DNA of 64,000 nt, taken from positions 1,672,280 to 1,736,279 of the forward strand of contig NW_002060956.1 of NCBI RefSeq assembly GCF_000150275.1. The letters are read 5' to 3'. Positions 14,600-27,511 of the stretch are shown here, piece by piece. How positions within the stretch are numbered: the stretch's first letter is position 1; each line of letters starts with the position of its first letter. The stretch comes from Trichoplax adhaerens. Lineage: Eukaryota; Animalia; Placozoa. A model generated the notes under the pieces. It made no database searches. It was not told where the DNA came from and saw nothing but the letters and a program-made list of their open reading frames with translations. The position numbers and the translations under genes are program-made.

Positions 14600-15760
14600 A
14601 ATTATAATTTCTTGTACAACCCACGCTTGTTGTACTTTCTACTAATCTGGATATACTTTTTATTTTTGGATCGTTAAAACATGTTGATTTGTGCAAGTCT
14701 ATTTGTTTGTTCCCTACTCCTGGCTACTGTACAATTTAGTATGCCGAAAATACGCTACTTTATTTGCAATGGCATACACTACGCGATACGTCTAGTAGTA
14801 CTTTGTTTGCTATGACATAAACTACGAGATATGTCTGGTGCTACTTGAAGTTGTAATTGCTTGTAGAACCCACCACTTGTTTTACAATCTGGATGTACTT
14901 TTTACTTTTGGATCGTTTAAAACATGTTGACTTGTGCAAGTCAATTTGTTTTTCCCCTACTCCTGTACAATTTAGTACAAGTTCGTATGTTGAAAATACA
15001 CTACTTTGTTTGCAATGACATAAACTACGAGATCCGTCTGGTAGTATTTTGTTTGCTATGACATAAACTACGAGATATGTCTGGTGCTACTTTAAGTTAT
15101 CATTGCTTGTAGAACCCACACTTGTTCTACAATCTGGATGTCCTTTTTACTTTTGGATCGTTTAAAACAGAAGTTAGTATGTTGAAAATACACTACTTTG
15201 TTTGCAATGACATAAACTACGAGATCCGTCTGGTAGTATTTTGTTTGCTATGACATAAACTACGAGATATGTCTGGTACTACTGTAAGTTATCATTGCTT
15301 GTAGAAGCCACACTTGTTCTACAATCTGGATGTACTTTTTACTTTTGGATCGTTAAAACATATTGACCTGTGCAAGTCTATTTGTTTTTCCCCTACTCCT
15401 GGCTACTGTACAATTTAGTATGCTGAAAATACAGTACTTTATTTGCAATGGCATACACTACGAGATACGTCTGGTAATACTTTATTTGCAATGGCATACA
15501 CTACGAGATGCGTCTGGTAGTACTTTTGCTTGCAATGGCATAAACTATGAGATATGTCTGGTACTACTGTAAGTTATCATTGCTTGTAGAAGCCACACTT
15601 GTTCTACAATCTGGATGTACTTTTTACTTTTGGATCGTTAAAACATGTTACACCTGTGCAAGTCTATTTGTTTTCCCCCTACTCCTGGCTACTGTACAAT
15701 TTAGTATGCTGAAAATACAGTACTTTATTTGTAATGGCATCAACGATGAGATACATCTAA
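14600..15760. repeat. Hierarchical minisatellite: about 5 units of ~242 bp containing nested 43-bp subunits
   Basis: The anchor tctggat.t..ttttt recurs at 14646, 14888, 15133, 15325 and 15610 (spacings 242, 245, 192, 285). The subunit tacttt.tttgcaatggcata.actacgagat..gtctggta recurs at 15435, 15478 and 15521 (43 bp); 285 = 242 + 43. Confidence 0.92.
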
Positions 15761-18144
15761 ATATATCTTGTTGTCCATGGCAAGACAGTATACTCGTTCG
15801 CACTGTATAAGCTTCTCCATATTGCCGATGCTGTACAGTAGTTGGTTTGAGTAAATGGTAAGGTAGCGATCATAGACTAGATTGTACGAGTGTTTATCAA
15901 TGAATTTCTTGATTAGAATTTTCGCCATCCACTACAATCCATTGTCGTAGGTGTATAGTGGAAAATTGCTGCAGTATTCTAAGTTGTGCTATACTACGAA
16001 TTGAATTGTTCGACCAACCAACTCTTTTCTATTCTACTAAATTCTCATTAACTTCATGAATGATGATGCATCATGAATGCAGTCATCATGCAGTACAATG
16101 TCCTTGGACTCTTTAGGATCATTACAACGTGATAATCTGATTTTTTCTAGCGTGTTAGGTTGAATAATTCCCCCCCCCCCCCCAAAAAAAAAAATTTATG
16201 CCACTGTACTGCTATCCTATCACAGATTACATCATTATGTAATCTGCATATATAATATAATTTATACTGAAATTTGCAATGGCATATTGGTAAATATGAA
16301 ATTATACAGCGGCAAATCAGCAATTTCTCTCTAAAAAGAAAAACTTGATGCCTTACCTTCTTTTAGATATACACAATTGCATTATATAGTAGTTGAGTCA
16401 ATGTATACGTGTATAATATATGCGGGGTTAATTTACCCCACTGTTGAGCACATATTTTACTTTGTACAGTAGGTAAATTTGTCATTCGATGACAGACATT
16501 AACTTAATGAAGGTAATTCTGTAGTACAATACGTCACGGCAAGTCTGGACACATCTTAGTTAGTTCTGTATTAAAAATGTGTCCAGACTTTATTTTTCAA
16601 ATTTTGTATACAGTAAAATCATGTTCTGGAAAATTGTAATATCGGAAACGGCCATATTCTGCGACGTTCAGCTGTCTGTATACTGTACGTATATCCATCG
16701 CTGAACTCGCCATACTCCCCATGTTGTTATCAAGTTTTGCAATTTTTCCATTCAGGTCTAGTTAAAAAGGTAGATACTTTTGTGCACTGTTGATGAGTCG
16801 ATGGCCTACTATTTATGTATCTAAAAGAGCGTATTCACGTAGGAAGACGGTTAGTGCCCAGAGCAAAATCAACTTGGGAGTGAAACAGCATGTTCACAGA
16901 CCTTTACGACAAATAATCTGCCCTATTTCCATGAATAAGTATGTCGTACTTACTGTACAGTACATGGACCAGCGGAAGAATATCTAGGTATATTTCTAGT
17001 GGCCTATGACTGTACTATATAGTTAAGCTTTTTCTATTGGTTATAATATTATGATGTGGATGATCGATAGTGTAATTTGCTTATTTTTCTAAATTCAGTA
17101 CCATTCCGTTGATCTCGATTCTATTTTACCAAGTTCAACTAGGGAGCAATTCTACAACGCCATGATTCGCCATGGGCTTGATTCAAGCCCTTGAATGAGT
17201 CGAAACGTGATTGCGCAAGACAGACTGCTGAACATCCATACTAAGTACAGTACAGTTACACCTGTCGAAGGTTGGTATTGAAAGTCTGTCCATCAGACCC
17301 ATCCATCCAGTACTGATTTATTAGTGTACAGTGTACAGTAGCTGCACTAACTTTGTATTGTACACTGTACACTGTACTGCAGAGAGAAGACATCAAATCG
17401 ATCGAAATAGAAAATAAATAAAATTCCCTACAAAAAAGAATAATATGCAAATTAGAGTCTCTATGGAAGGGACTTTAATGCAAATCATGTGCGATATTCA
17501 CCATAAGCATAGTAATTCAGTCGATCTAACAGTGATTATGTCTTCTCTCTTCACGACATTACTGTAGTCCCTGGTACAATCATGGACTACAGTACAGTAA
17601 CGTAGTGTAATATTGAGTAACCCACGATTGAAGATTAAAGCATGCCTTACTGTACTTCGATCTTTCAATGTTCAAGGCATTTTCATTCCTTTTAGCTCAA
17701 ATTTCACATAAAAAGATGATAACAACCTTGATCAATGGGCTCTTGATGACCTTAACACTACTGTCGATGTCTTGATTCATTTCTACTGCAGTTATTGTAG
17801 GATTGGTTGGAAATTTCTTATACAAATCATGCGTTGCTAGTGGTCTAAATATCAATAACATCTTGTTGACGTACTGTACAGTACTATCCACTCACTCATT
17901 CTATACAGAAGTCCATACTACAGTGTACAGTGTACAGTACATACAGTAGAGACCTTAGTCGGGGGGATCCTGCCTTGGGACTGCCAACAATAACACTGGC
18001 AATTGTCATCGCTATTATAGTAAAATTGTGCTTGGAGAACATTGTCTTGGTGCTGTCAGGGTCGTCGATTCTATCCTAGTGATATAAACAGACAGGAAAA
18101 GTTGGACTTTGCTAAAGGGAGAAATTTTCATTTCCTGGCTTGCC

Positions 18145-21100
18145 ATGACTAAATCATACGAGCATCATGCAAATCGACTCTTTCCTTGGTCAAATACTGC
18201 CTATCTGGGCAAACGACGATATTGCCTATTGATGATCGTTGTCTTGATGATTATCATGCTGAGAATTATCCATCAGACCGAGGTAGAGAGCAACAATCAT
18301 GGCTTCGGGTGGTTTCACTTTTATACGAGTGGAAAGAAATATCAACCTAACTGGAAATCATTAGATGCTCGTCCATTGCCGTCATGGTACGATAAAGCCA
18401 AGGTGGGTATCTTCGTCCATTGGGGCGTTTTCTCTGTTCCAAGCTTCGATAGTGAATGGTTTTGGTGGCATTGGAAAGGACTAAATAGCAGTAAAGATAA
18501 CCAATTTATGCAACAAAATTATCCATCTGGATTTTCTTATCCAGAATTTGCACCATCATTCACCGCTGAATTTTTCGATGCTGATGCATGGGCCCATTTA
18601 ATTGAAAATTCGGGTGCAAAGTAAGATCGAACAACTTGATAATGGTCTATGACTGATACTAGATGATGATGATAATAGAAATGAAATTGTATTTGTTGCC
18701 GTAGTGATGAATAAAGTGAAGTAAGATGACTACTTACAGTAGTCATATCGGAGCAAGTCGATTATACTCGACTTGATTCGTCATGTCATGGTAGAAGAAA
18801 CAAGTAGTTACAAGCTCATCTCTCATGAGGAATATCCACTTCATGAAGAGAACTAAGAAGTTGCATAATGTTCACTGTTGATCGCTAAAATTGGCTTCTT
18901 TGATAATAGGTATGTGGTATTTACAACCAAACACCATGAAGGTTGGACTAATTATAAGAGCCATGTTTCTTGGAATTGGAATTCGGTCGATAATGGGCCA
19001 CATCGCGACTTAACAGGCAAGTTAAACTTATATAAAAGGTGCTGACTTTTAAAGTCGTAAGTATTGCCTCACTTGTATTCTAGATTGAACAAGAGTCATC
19101 ACGATAGATCCACTTAGCAAAATAAACTTACCAGTAGAATAGTTCTATTGGGGACATGTTGACACGCAAGGACTGCTCTCAAGTTTCTATCCAGTACAGT
19201 AGTCCCCGTAACATTATCTCGAAGCTGGCGAACTCTAATCGCTAGTCCTACAGTATTATACGCACATAGGATAACGTTAAAAAGAATAGATCCCTAGTGG
19301 ATAAATGAAGAAATCAGGAGACGAAAATAGGATCAATCTTATGAGCCCCGTCAAATGAGAACCAGCTCTATTTACTTACGGAGCATACTTACAGTACTAA
19401 GGCAATAGTCATCTTCCAGCGAAACAGTAGAATGGATTACTATCCTTATACTACTCTTCAACATAGTACCTTTAAAAAATTAAACTTTAACCTTAAGTAC
19501 AGCATGACCATCAATTGTTGCTTTGCAAGCTCTTTTTTTGCTTACGTAAAGGTGCTACATGGAATATTCTGTGTTGCATGGGAGTTATTTACGCGTTGTG
19601 TGTTAGCTCTCGATATGAGCACGACTTCAGTATTACTCTCACACGGTGCAAATTTAAAGCAAAGAATTATACTATCGTAGAGTTAACACCAAGATACTGC
19701 TATTACTCAGTTCTGCTTGAAATATTATCAATAAGAATAATATCGACATAAATATAGTAATACGAAATAACCGCTTAAAAGGATAGAATATTAAAATTAA
19801 AATAAAACATAGATATTCTTTAACTAGACTTTTGGTAACTTTTTTATACAGCTGAAATTTCTAACGCCGTACGCAAACGAACCAATGTCACCCTTGGTTT
19901 ATATCATTCATTGTATGAATGGTTTAATCCCTTGTATCTTTTCGACAAAAAGAATAGTTTCAAAACGAAAAAGTTTATCACGGTAAATCTCATACTCCAG
20001 TAGTATTACTATTCATGGTAATACATGGTAATACGCGTAGAAAGAAGCCATACAGTTTGTAAAACTTCTCATTTGGATACTATATGTGTGATATATTATA
20101 TATTTTAAGGAGACATTAATGCCAGAGTTGCACTATGTGATTAATCAGTACAAGCCTGATCTTTTATGGTCTGATGGTGATTGGGAAGCACCCGATACAT
20201 ATTGGCAAAGCCAAGAATTTTTAGCGTGGCTATACAATGATAGGTGAACTTAGCAATTGTTACTTACGCGTATACTGCTAATCGCAGTATTCAACGCCAA
20301 TGATTTATTTATTAAAGAACTTCATGATAATGATGTGTTAGTCATCTAGTAGAACAGCAACTTTATATTATAGGAAATTAGTGTATAGCAGATTTATTAC
20401 TTATTAAGCAGGCCATAATGCCTTTTCTAAATTTCTACACTTTATTTTTCGTAAAGTCCTGTCAAGGAAACCATAATTACTAATGACAGATGGGGAAGAG
20501 GGAGCATTTGTCATCATGGTGGTTATTATACTTGTCAAGATCGATTTGATCCAGGAGTCTTACAGAAACATAAGTGGGAGAATGCTATGTCTTTAGATCT
20601 TACTTCATGGGGTTTTGATCGATCCTCAGGATTAAAAAATTATCTTTCCATGGAAGAATTAACGAAAGTGCTTATTAGAACAGTCAGGTTTGCAATAAAT
20701 TTTATTTTGGTATAATCTGAATAAATCTAAATTATTGAATTATCATAAACTTTTTTAAAATGTAAAAATTTTAAACAATTTCGTAAAGTTGAGGCGGTCA
20801 CTCGCTGTAGAAGCCATAAATGCGCTTCATTGATAAGATTACGACTGTTATGTATTATTGTTGCAAAGCATACTACATAATCTATCTGCTGATAGATGTG
20901 CTTGTTCACTAACATTTGCGGTATTGCCAACGTTATAAATATGTAATTTTGACTGATACCTTTCTGTTATGATGGTGTTATACTAGGATTATGAATACTA
21001 AATTACTTTTATACGTTTAGTTGTGGCGGCAATATTCTCATTAATATTGGGCCAACGTCAGATGGTAGAATACTTCCAATATTTCAGGAGAGGTTGACAC

Positions 21101-21518
21101 AACTTGGTAGCTGGCTAAAGGTGAATGGTGAAGGAATATATAATTCCATACCCTGGAGAGTCCAAAATGATACCATTACAAATGACGTTTGGTTAGTTGT
21201 TTGATACATAATTTAATATTGAGTACAACCATATTAAAACTTTCATTGTATTAATTTTTAATTTCGTATAGGTACACTGAACGACAAGGAACTGTCTATG
21301 CTTTCTTTTATAGTTGGCCTGCTAGTAATAAGTTGGCCTTGACAGATCCTAAAGTAACGCCAAAAACTTCAGTAAAATTGTTGGGCTTTGAGGGAAATGT
21401 TCCATTTAAAGCCAATTCGGGATCCAATTCTGGAGTTTTGTTAGATCTTAGTAGTGTTAGTGCAGATAGATTAAGTACAGAATGGGCTTGGGCTATTGCC
21501 TTACATAATGTACATTAG
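18145..21518 (+). CDS. FUCA: Alpha-L-fucosidase (GH29, FUCA1/FUCA2-like), 7 exons
   Basis: Exons 18145-18620, 18910-19016, 19852-19982, 20110-20243, 20457-20687, 21021-21191 and 21272-21518 join in frame. Motifs: [67 protein letters not shown] (nucleophile Asp), [23 protein letters not shown]. Confidence 0.95.
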
Positions 21519-24323
21519 ATTGTAATCTATACACATAGACTAAAAATTAAGTTTCAGCTATAAGTAGATATAATTTATCATAACTGAGTTCGATAGAACT
21601 TAAAATACTCACATATTATGTAGAAAATCAATACACAGATAAGATGAGAGTATATCAACCTTGAAATTGTAGCCTTTTATTATCTTGAATTGATGGATTA
21701 TTTTTCTGTTGCAACTTACAGATTGATATATTGACTTAAAATTACGTTATCACTAGTGCAGTTAAAAAGTCTTTGATGACTCAAGATAGACGAATTTTTT
21801 TATTGACTTTGCTTCTGTTAGATAAGTATGTAGATGAATTGCAGTAAATAGGATGTAAATTGGAGAATAATTCCGAATATATTTGATATTATTCTACTGT
21901 GTCTTCTTTAGCCTGCATATACTTTCCAGATCCAGTCTTGGTTAGTAATACATTTTGGTTTAAATTACCATGGATATTTTACTATTTTAAGAAAAAAGGT
22001 AATTATAAAATAAAAGGTTGCTATAATGCAAATGTGTTTGTGAACATGCTTGTATTTCAATTGCTCTCAATTTACTGTGAATGTAACTAGTCCATAGTAC
22101 AAAATATTAAACGTTTAAATTCAGAAACTATCACAAATAGCTTTTAACGAGGACATTTAGGATTAAGAGCATTTGATTTTGGATAATCTTGAGTACTTAA
22201 TCTTAAACCGCAGATTCTCACTGTTATGGAAGGTTATGCGCATGTGCTAAAAGACGTACCACTGGAAATACTGTAGACTGCGAACATATTATTATATACA
22301 AATTCATTAACTAAATGCATGATTTAGAAATAGATAATAAAATAAATGCAATATATAGTAATCATAACTAAATAATAAGGTAATTACAGTATTTTGTACT
22401 TGCATGGCGAAATTTAGCCGTCATTTTACCACATGGACAATACATATCCTTCGGTGTACGAATATAAATAATGAGATAAATCATTATTTTAATAAATACG
22501 TATTTAGGACGTCTATAAATATTGCTGAGGCTGCATACTAGTGCTAAATTCACATAAAAGGGCCAAATCTATCTTGTTTTGTTACATCGGAAGTTAATGA
22601 GTGAATAGAATCTTTAAAGTTTAGCTTGATATATCCTGTCAAGCTCAATTTAGTATCACTTGCTAACTTGCAAACCGATAGAATTATTATAAGATGTAGT
22701 AATGTCCAATTAATATGTCTTATACGATAGCAGTTACTATACTTGCTTGGAAGTCGTCAATAAGGAGCGTGATATATGATAATAGATGAAAGTTATGTCG
22801 AGCTTGAATGAATTATTTTTAAGAAGTATAAGCACTTAACGAAGGTTATCCAATCATACACAAACATGCTTAGAAACATATAGCGTCAAACTAACTAAAA
22901 GTGACTTTACTTTGATTCTATCCCGAATTATACTGCGACTCTTGGAACCAGATCGAAAATTATATTCAATAGTAATTGCCATTCTTATTGCTAGATGGAA
23001 TCATTTTTTATATAGTGAAACAATATATCCGACGTATAATACGAAAAACATTTGTTCTCTATTATGTCAATCTCATTTCATATAATTCTAGTGTTGAAAA
23101 CCTAAAATTTTTATTTGTATAACAATAATTAGACCCTTCAATGTTCAGCCTAAGCACATAAATGATAAATAATGTAAAGACCGTCAAAATTTCTATTACT
23201 TAATTGGTGTATCTAATTTTAATTTAGGCTGCATTAATGTTGCACTGAAACTTATCTATATATTCTGTATGTTTTTGTCTTACTTTTCACAATTGTACAT
23301 ACACTGAAATTAGATTTTTTGCATGTATTCTATAAATTTTGCAGTAAATTCATCATTCTATTTGAATATGTGCAATTGTGGATATAGTAGAGAAATCAAG
23401 AATAATAGCGTTGATTGTTATTATCCTTCGAATAGAGGCGGATATAAATTAGATGGTTCATTCAATGGATGATGACAGTCAAATCTATATTTAATTTTTT
23501 ATCCATGACAATCAATCAATTTATTCGTCATAGATGAACTTTAAATAACACTTTAGGATGACAACGTGAAATTCTACTGGTCTATAATATTATCGACCGA
23601 GATTAGAGTATTATTTTTTAAGACAATTTTTATTAATAGAATGAGGGTGAGGGCTGATATTTATTAAACGGACAAAATTCAATGAGAAAATTAGCGAAGT
23701 TGCTATAGTAACAATAATCATCATCTTTCTATTAGTAACTACTCCTTTTAATAGATAATTATATTTATTCGTTTCCCTATATGATATTAACAGAATGAAA
23801 ATAATAACTTCTCGTTCTAAATATTAAGTAATATAGTTGAATCTGCTAATAATCATAATCTAAGTTATAGTCAATGGCTGCAACTTATTACAAGAGAAAT
23901 ATTCAAGGTAAGGAATAATTTATTTGAACTATCCTTAAAGTTAACATGACCTTACAATTATTGCTATTTATTTAGTGAGTGAAGAAGAAAGTAATTAACG
24001 GAACTAAAAATTAGTACTTGTTAGTAGCCAGCGTAAGGAATTAGTAGGTTTTACTGTTCTAAAATTTATTAGTAATAAAGCATATACAGGACATTATCAG
24101 ACAAAAAGCATAGATTTTATAGTAGCGACTGAGGAATACCTTTGATCTTCTCCAAGCCGATTAATACGCTCATGCCTGTCTCTAAGAACGTTTTGATAAT
24201 TCTTGGATAGGCTGTCACTTTCTCAACGAAGATAGGCTATTGATTTAGTAATTAAAAGTCGAAATTAACCTTGTCCGGGCTATTAGCTGCCTTTTTTTGG
24301 CTGTAGAAGTTGACTTTCACGTC

Positions 24324-27300
24324 ATGATTCGCCAACTAAACATCCACGAAGCTGGTAAGTTAGTCCTATCTTTACTTTCTAGGGAATAGGTAATTTGAAT
24401 AACTAAAATTTAACTGAAACCGACAAATGATCTTAAAAGTTGAATTAACCGATTACATCTCAAGAGTTGGTAGTTAAGACGAGAATAATCAGATGATCTT
24501 CTTAAATAACTTTTTAATCATGTATAATCGATATTTACTAGGAAATTGGCGATAGCTTAATCGGTAACTGTTCGTCTGATTGTATTCATTTATTTTTAGT
24601 CCATAAAACTCTTAAAACTCGAATGATCACTGTAGATTTTCATCAGACTATGATGTGGTATCATGTCAGTTTATTATGTTTTCAATTGTGATCTAGTTTT
24701 ATTTTTTCTACTGGCGATATTAAATTTTAATAAGTAGCAGCATTAAAAATAATCTTTATCCTAGATAACATGTTTTTTGGATCAAGAAATCGGTTGATAT
24801 TTTTATTATAATTTAGTTTTCTTCGATTTTTTCCTTAGCATTTGCTGGCGATTACAAGGCTTTAAGGAAAGCCTTAGAAGAAGGACAGGTTAGTTAGCAT
24901 TGAATCAGATTTTATTATTACACTAATTACCACACCCGCTTGTTCGCTGTTTATTTCCTTTTTTTGGAATGGGTGATAGAATCATGCGATTCATAATATA
25001 TATAATATATCGTTTAGTCATTCCTATTCGATTGTTAGTCCATTTCAAGCTTTAATTAAGATAGCGACCCTTAACATATAAAATATGAGTACTAATTACT
25101 TAAAGTTAATCATAACATTTTCACCTTTTTCATAATATTTTTCTTTGATTTCTTTAATTTGTTGGAAAAGGAATGAATCATTTCTTTCTTACTTCGACGA
25201 GTTAATACTGCAGGTGAAATATTTAGATTATAATCAGTGTGGTACCATTATCGATTGATCATAGTGGAGTCGCAACTAGATTGTTTCCAGGTATAAACTT
25301 GTCCAGCTTCCCTTTAAATTTACCAAAAGTAATTTTACCTAGTACTTGGCACTTTAATGAGGATATGTTGTCCATTTTCTAATGTAGTAAAAATTCAAAC
25401 CATTAGTAACTAAAATCATACCCTTTATGACTAAACTTGCTCTGTCTTGAATTCTGCCTATTTTAAAAATAAATTCAATCCAATACTTTAATTTGGAATA
25501 AAAGTTGAAATTAAAAATATACGGAAAGGAGTTGCATTCCGCGGTGTTCAGCTATGATTGCTTATCATTGGTAATGTTCTCTAGTAATTTTTTGGATTAA
25601 GCTGCTTACAGGTATACAGATACGTAGTTAAAGCGTATAAATTCTGTAGTGAAAATTGAAATTTTACAGTAGTTTATGATCAACTTTTAAAGTCATAAAC
25701 TCGTATCTTATTTAGTACCTATATTAAAGATCGTTCACTATACTATAGCACGTTGCAGGGCAGTTATAAAGAGAATTTTAATAGGATTTCCTGTCTTCTA
25801 TTACAGATCCTCTTTCCCTGTATTCTTTTAATCATCCTTGGCTTATATTGCTTAATTGACGAGAATCAGTTTTAGAAGACAACCAACTACCGTAATTGAA
25901 GCAGTGAATTATTATTAAATTTGCATGACTGCCGATCAGAATCTAAGCATTTACCTATAAAATCTTCAATCTCCCAATCTTATCATAAAATAAAATAGTT
26001 AAATGAGTTGATAATTAACTATTTGGGTTTTGATTAATTTTAACGATATTAATTCCATCACCGATGATACTGAGATATTATATAAAATTTGAAAACTTTA
26101 CGATATGAACAAAGCACCCAAATGGAAAGTAAAAGTAATTTTGTTTGCAATTGCTGTTTGTAGTTATTGAGTAACGCGATTGAGGCAAATACTCGTGGAA
26201 TGCATCAAGATGGTATATCAATATCTGCACATTATCTTCAGTCTAAGCAAGGTTTACTTCTTGTTAATTATGGTGCAAGCATGACATGAAAAATTTGATT
26301 TTAGCTTGAATTGATCAGACCTCCCGTAATAATCAAAGAAATGATTGCAATAGTGACGAGAAGATTAAGGATATACATTTTGACAAATATATTTTCGTAG
26401 ATATTTCGGTAGTCAGTTCTATTAGAACCGATACAATTTCTTTGGTGGATTCCATTGCAGATGAAATGAATCTCCAATAAATCTGCTTTAGAAATCATGG
26501 TTCGTCAATATTGATCAGTTTTTAGGGCATTTGTCAAGAAAATTCAATTTCCATTGCATTTTTTTTAGTGATATTTCAAGTTAGGTCATTTCTTTCAGCG
26601 TTTTAACTTCCATATCTAGAACGATAATCAAACAGCTGTGTCGCGCTTTCTTTCTAACATACAAATTATAGCCAATATTTTATCTTTAAATATTATGTGG
26701 AACGAGAAAATTGCTCTTACAGATTGTATATTCGATTTAGAAGCAGTATGACACCTTATATATCAGGACTAAAATATTATACTGCATGTTATAGAATCCT
26801 GCACATCTTGATCATACTGGTTCAACACCGATTCATAAGGCTGCTTCCAATGGACATACCAAATGTTTGCTACTTTTATTAGAAAATGGCAGCAAGGTCA
26901 ATCAACTCGATGTTAATAAATGCACTCCAGCACATCTTGCAGCTCGCAATGGACATTTGCAATGTATAAAAAGTCTCTATTCAAAAGGTGCTGACCTATT
27001 TACTAAATCATGTAAAGGGAATACTCCTAAAAAAATGGCCAAAGTTGGCTTACATCAGCCAGTTGTCAATTTTATTAGCCGAATAGGTAAGATAGTGATT
27101 ATATCGAAATAAACTGCATGCCCACGACGTACTTATTAAACTTAGTTCCTAATTTTCAATTCTTTGACATGTAGAAAATGAACGCATTGCATGGTCGATA
27201 TAAGTTTCATTGCCATGGTAATTCAGCGTCCATTCTATTGCAAATAGGCACTCTATTAATGTACTATGTGTAATAAACAAATTTTTACTACATAGTATCA

Positions 27301-27511
27301 TTGAAGGAAGGAATTGATGATATATAATTATCAACGACGATGTGATAGACATCGGATGTTATAAAATGAAAATGAAATAATTGAGTAGAAATATACTAAA
27401 AAATGTCAGATTTAATATTACTTGCATGCTCTTTATTGATTAGACATAAGAATGAATGTAGCATCGAGAATTATACGACAACTTGAAATCTTTTACGGTA
27501 CAATGCAATAG
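24324..27511 (+). CDS. Small ankyrin-repeat protein (~146 aa, 4 exons)
   Basis: Exons 24324-24354 (MIRQLNIHEA), 24839-24888 (AFAGDYKALRKALEEGQ), 26795-27086 (GSTPIHKAASNGHTKCLLLLLENG..CTPAHLAARNGHLQCIKSLYSKGAD..GNTP) and 27444-27511 (DIRMNV..MQ*) join in frame at GT-AG sites. The last exon is the least certain. Confidence 0.8.

Noticed and set aside
14600-15760. CRISPR-like array or coding repeat (ORFs 15363-15572, 15547-15810)
   Set aside because: The inter-repeat sequence is itself repeated (no unique spacers), the context is eukaryotic, and unit lengths of 43 and 242 bp break frame with stops in other copies.
18109-18144. ORF-track starts at TTG/GTG (18109, 47082, 9034, 32270)
   Set aside because: These are prokaryote-style starts; in this spliced eukaryotic context the ATGs at 18145, 47118 and 32237 or splice acceptors apply.
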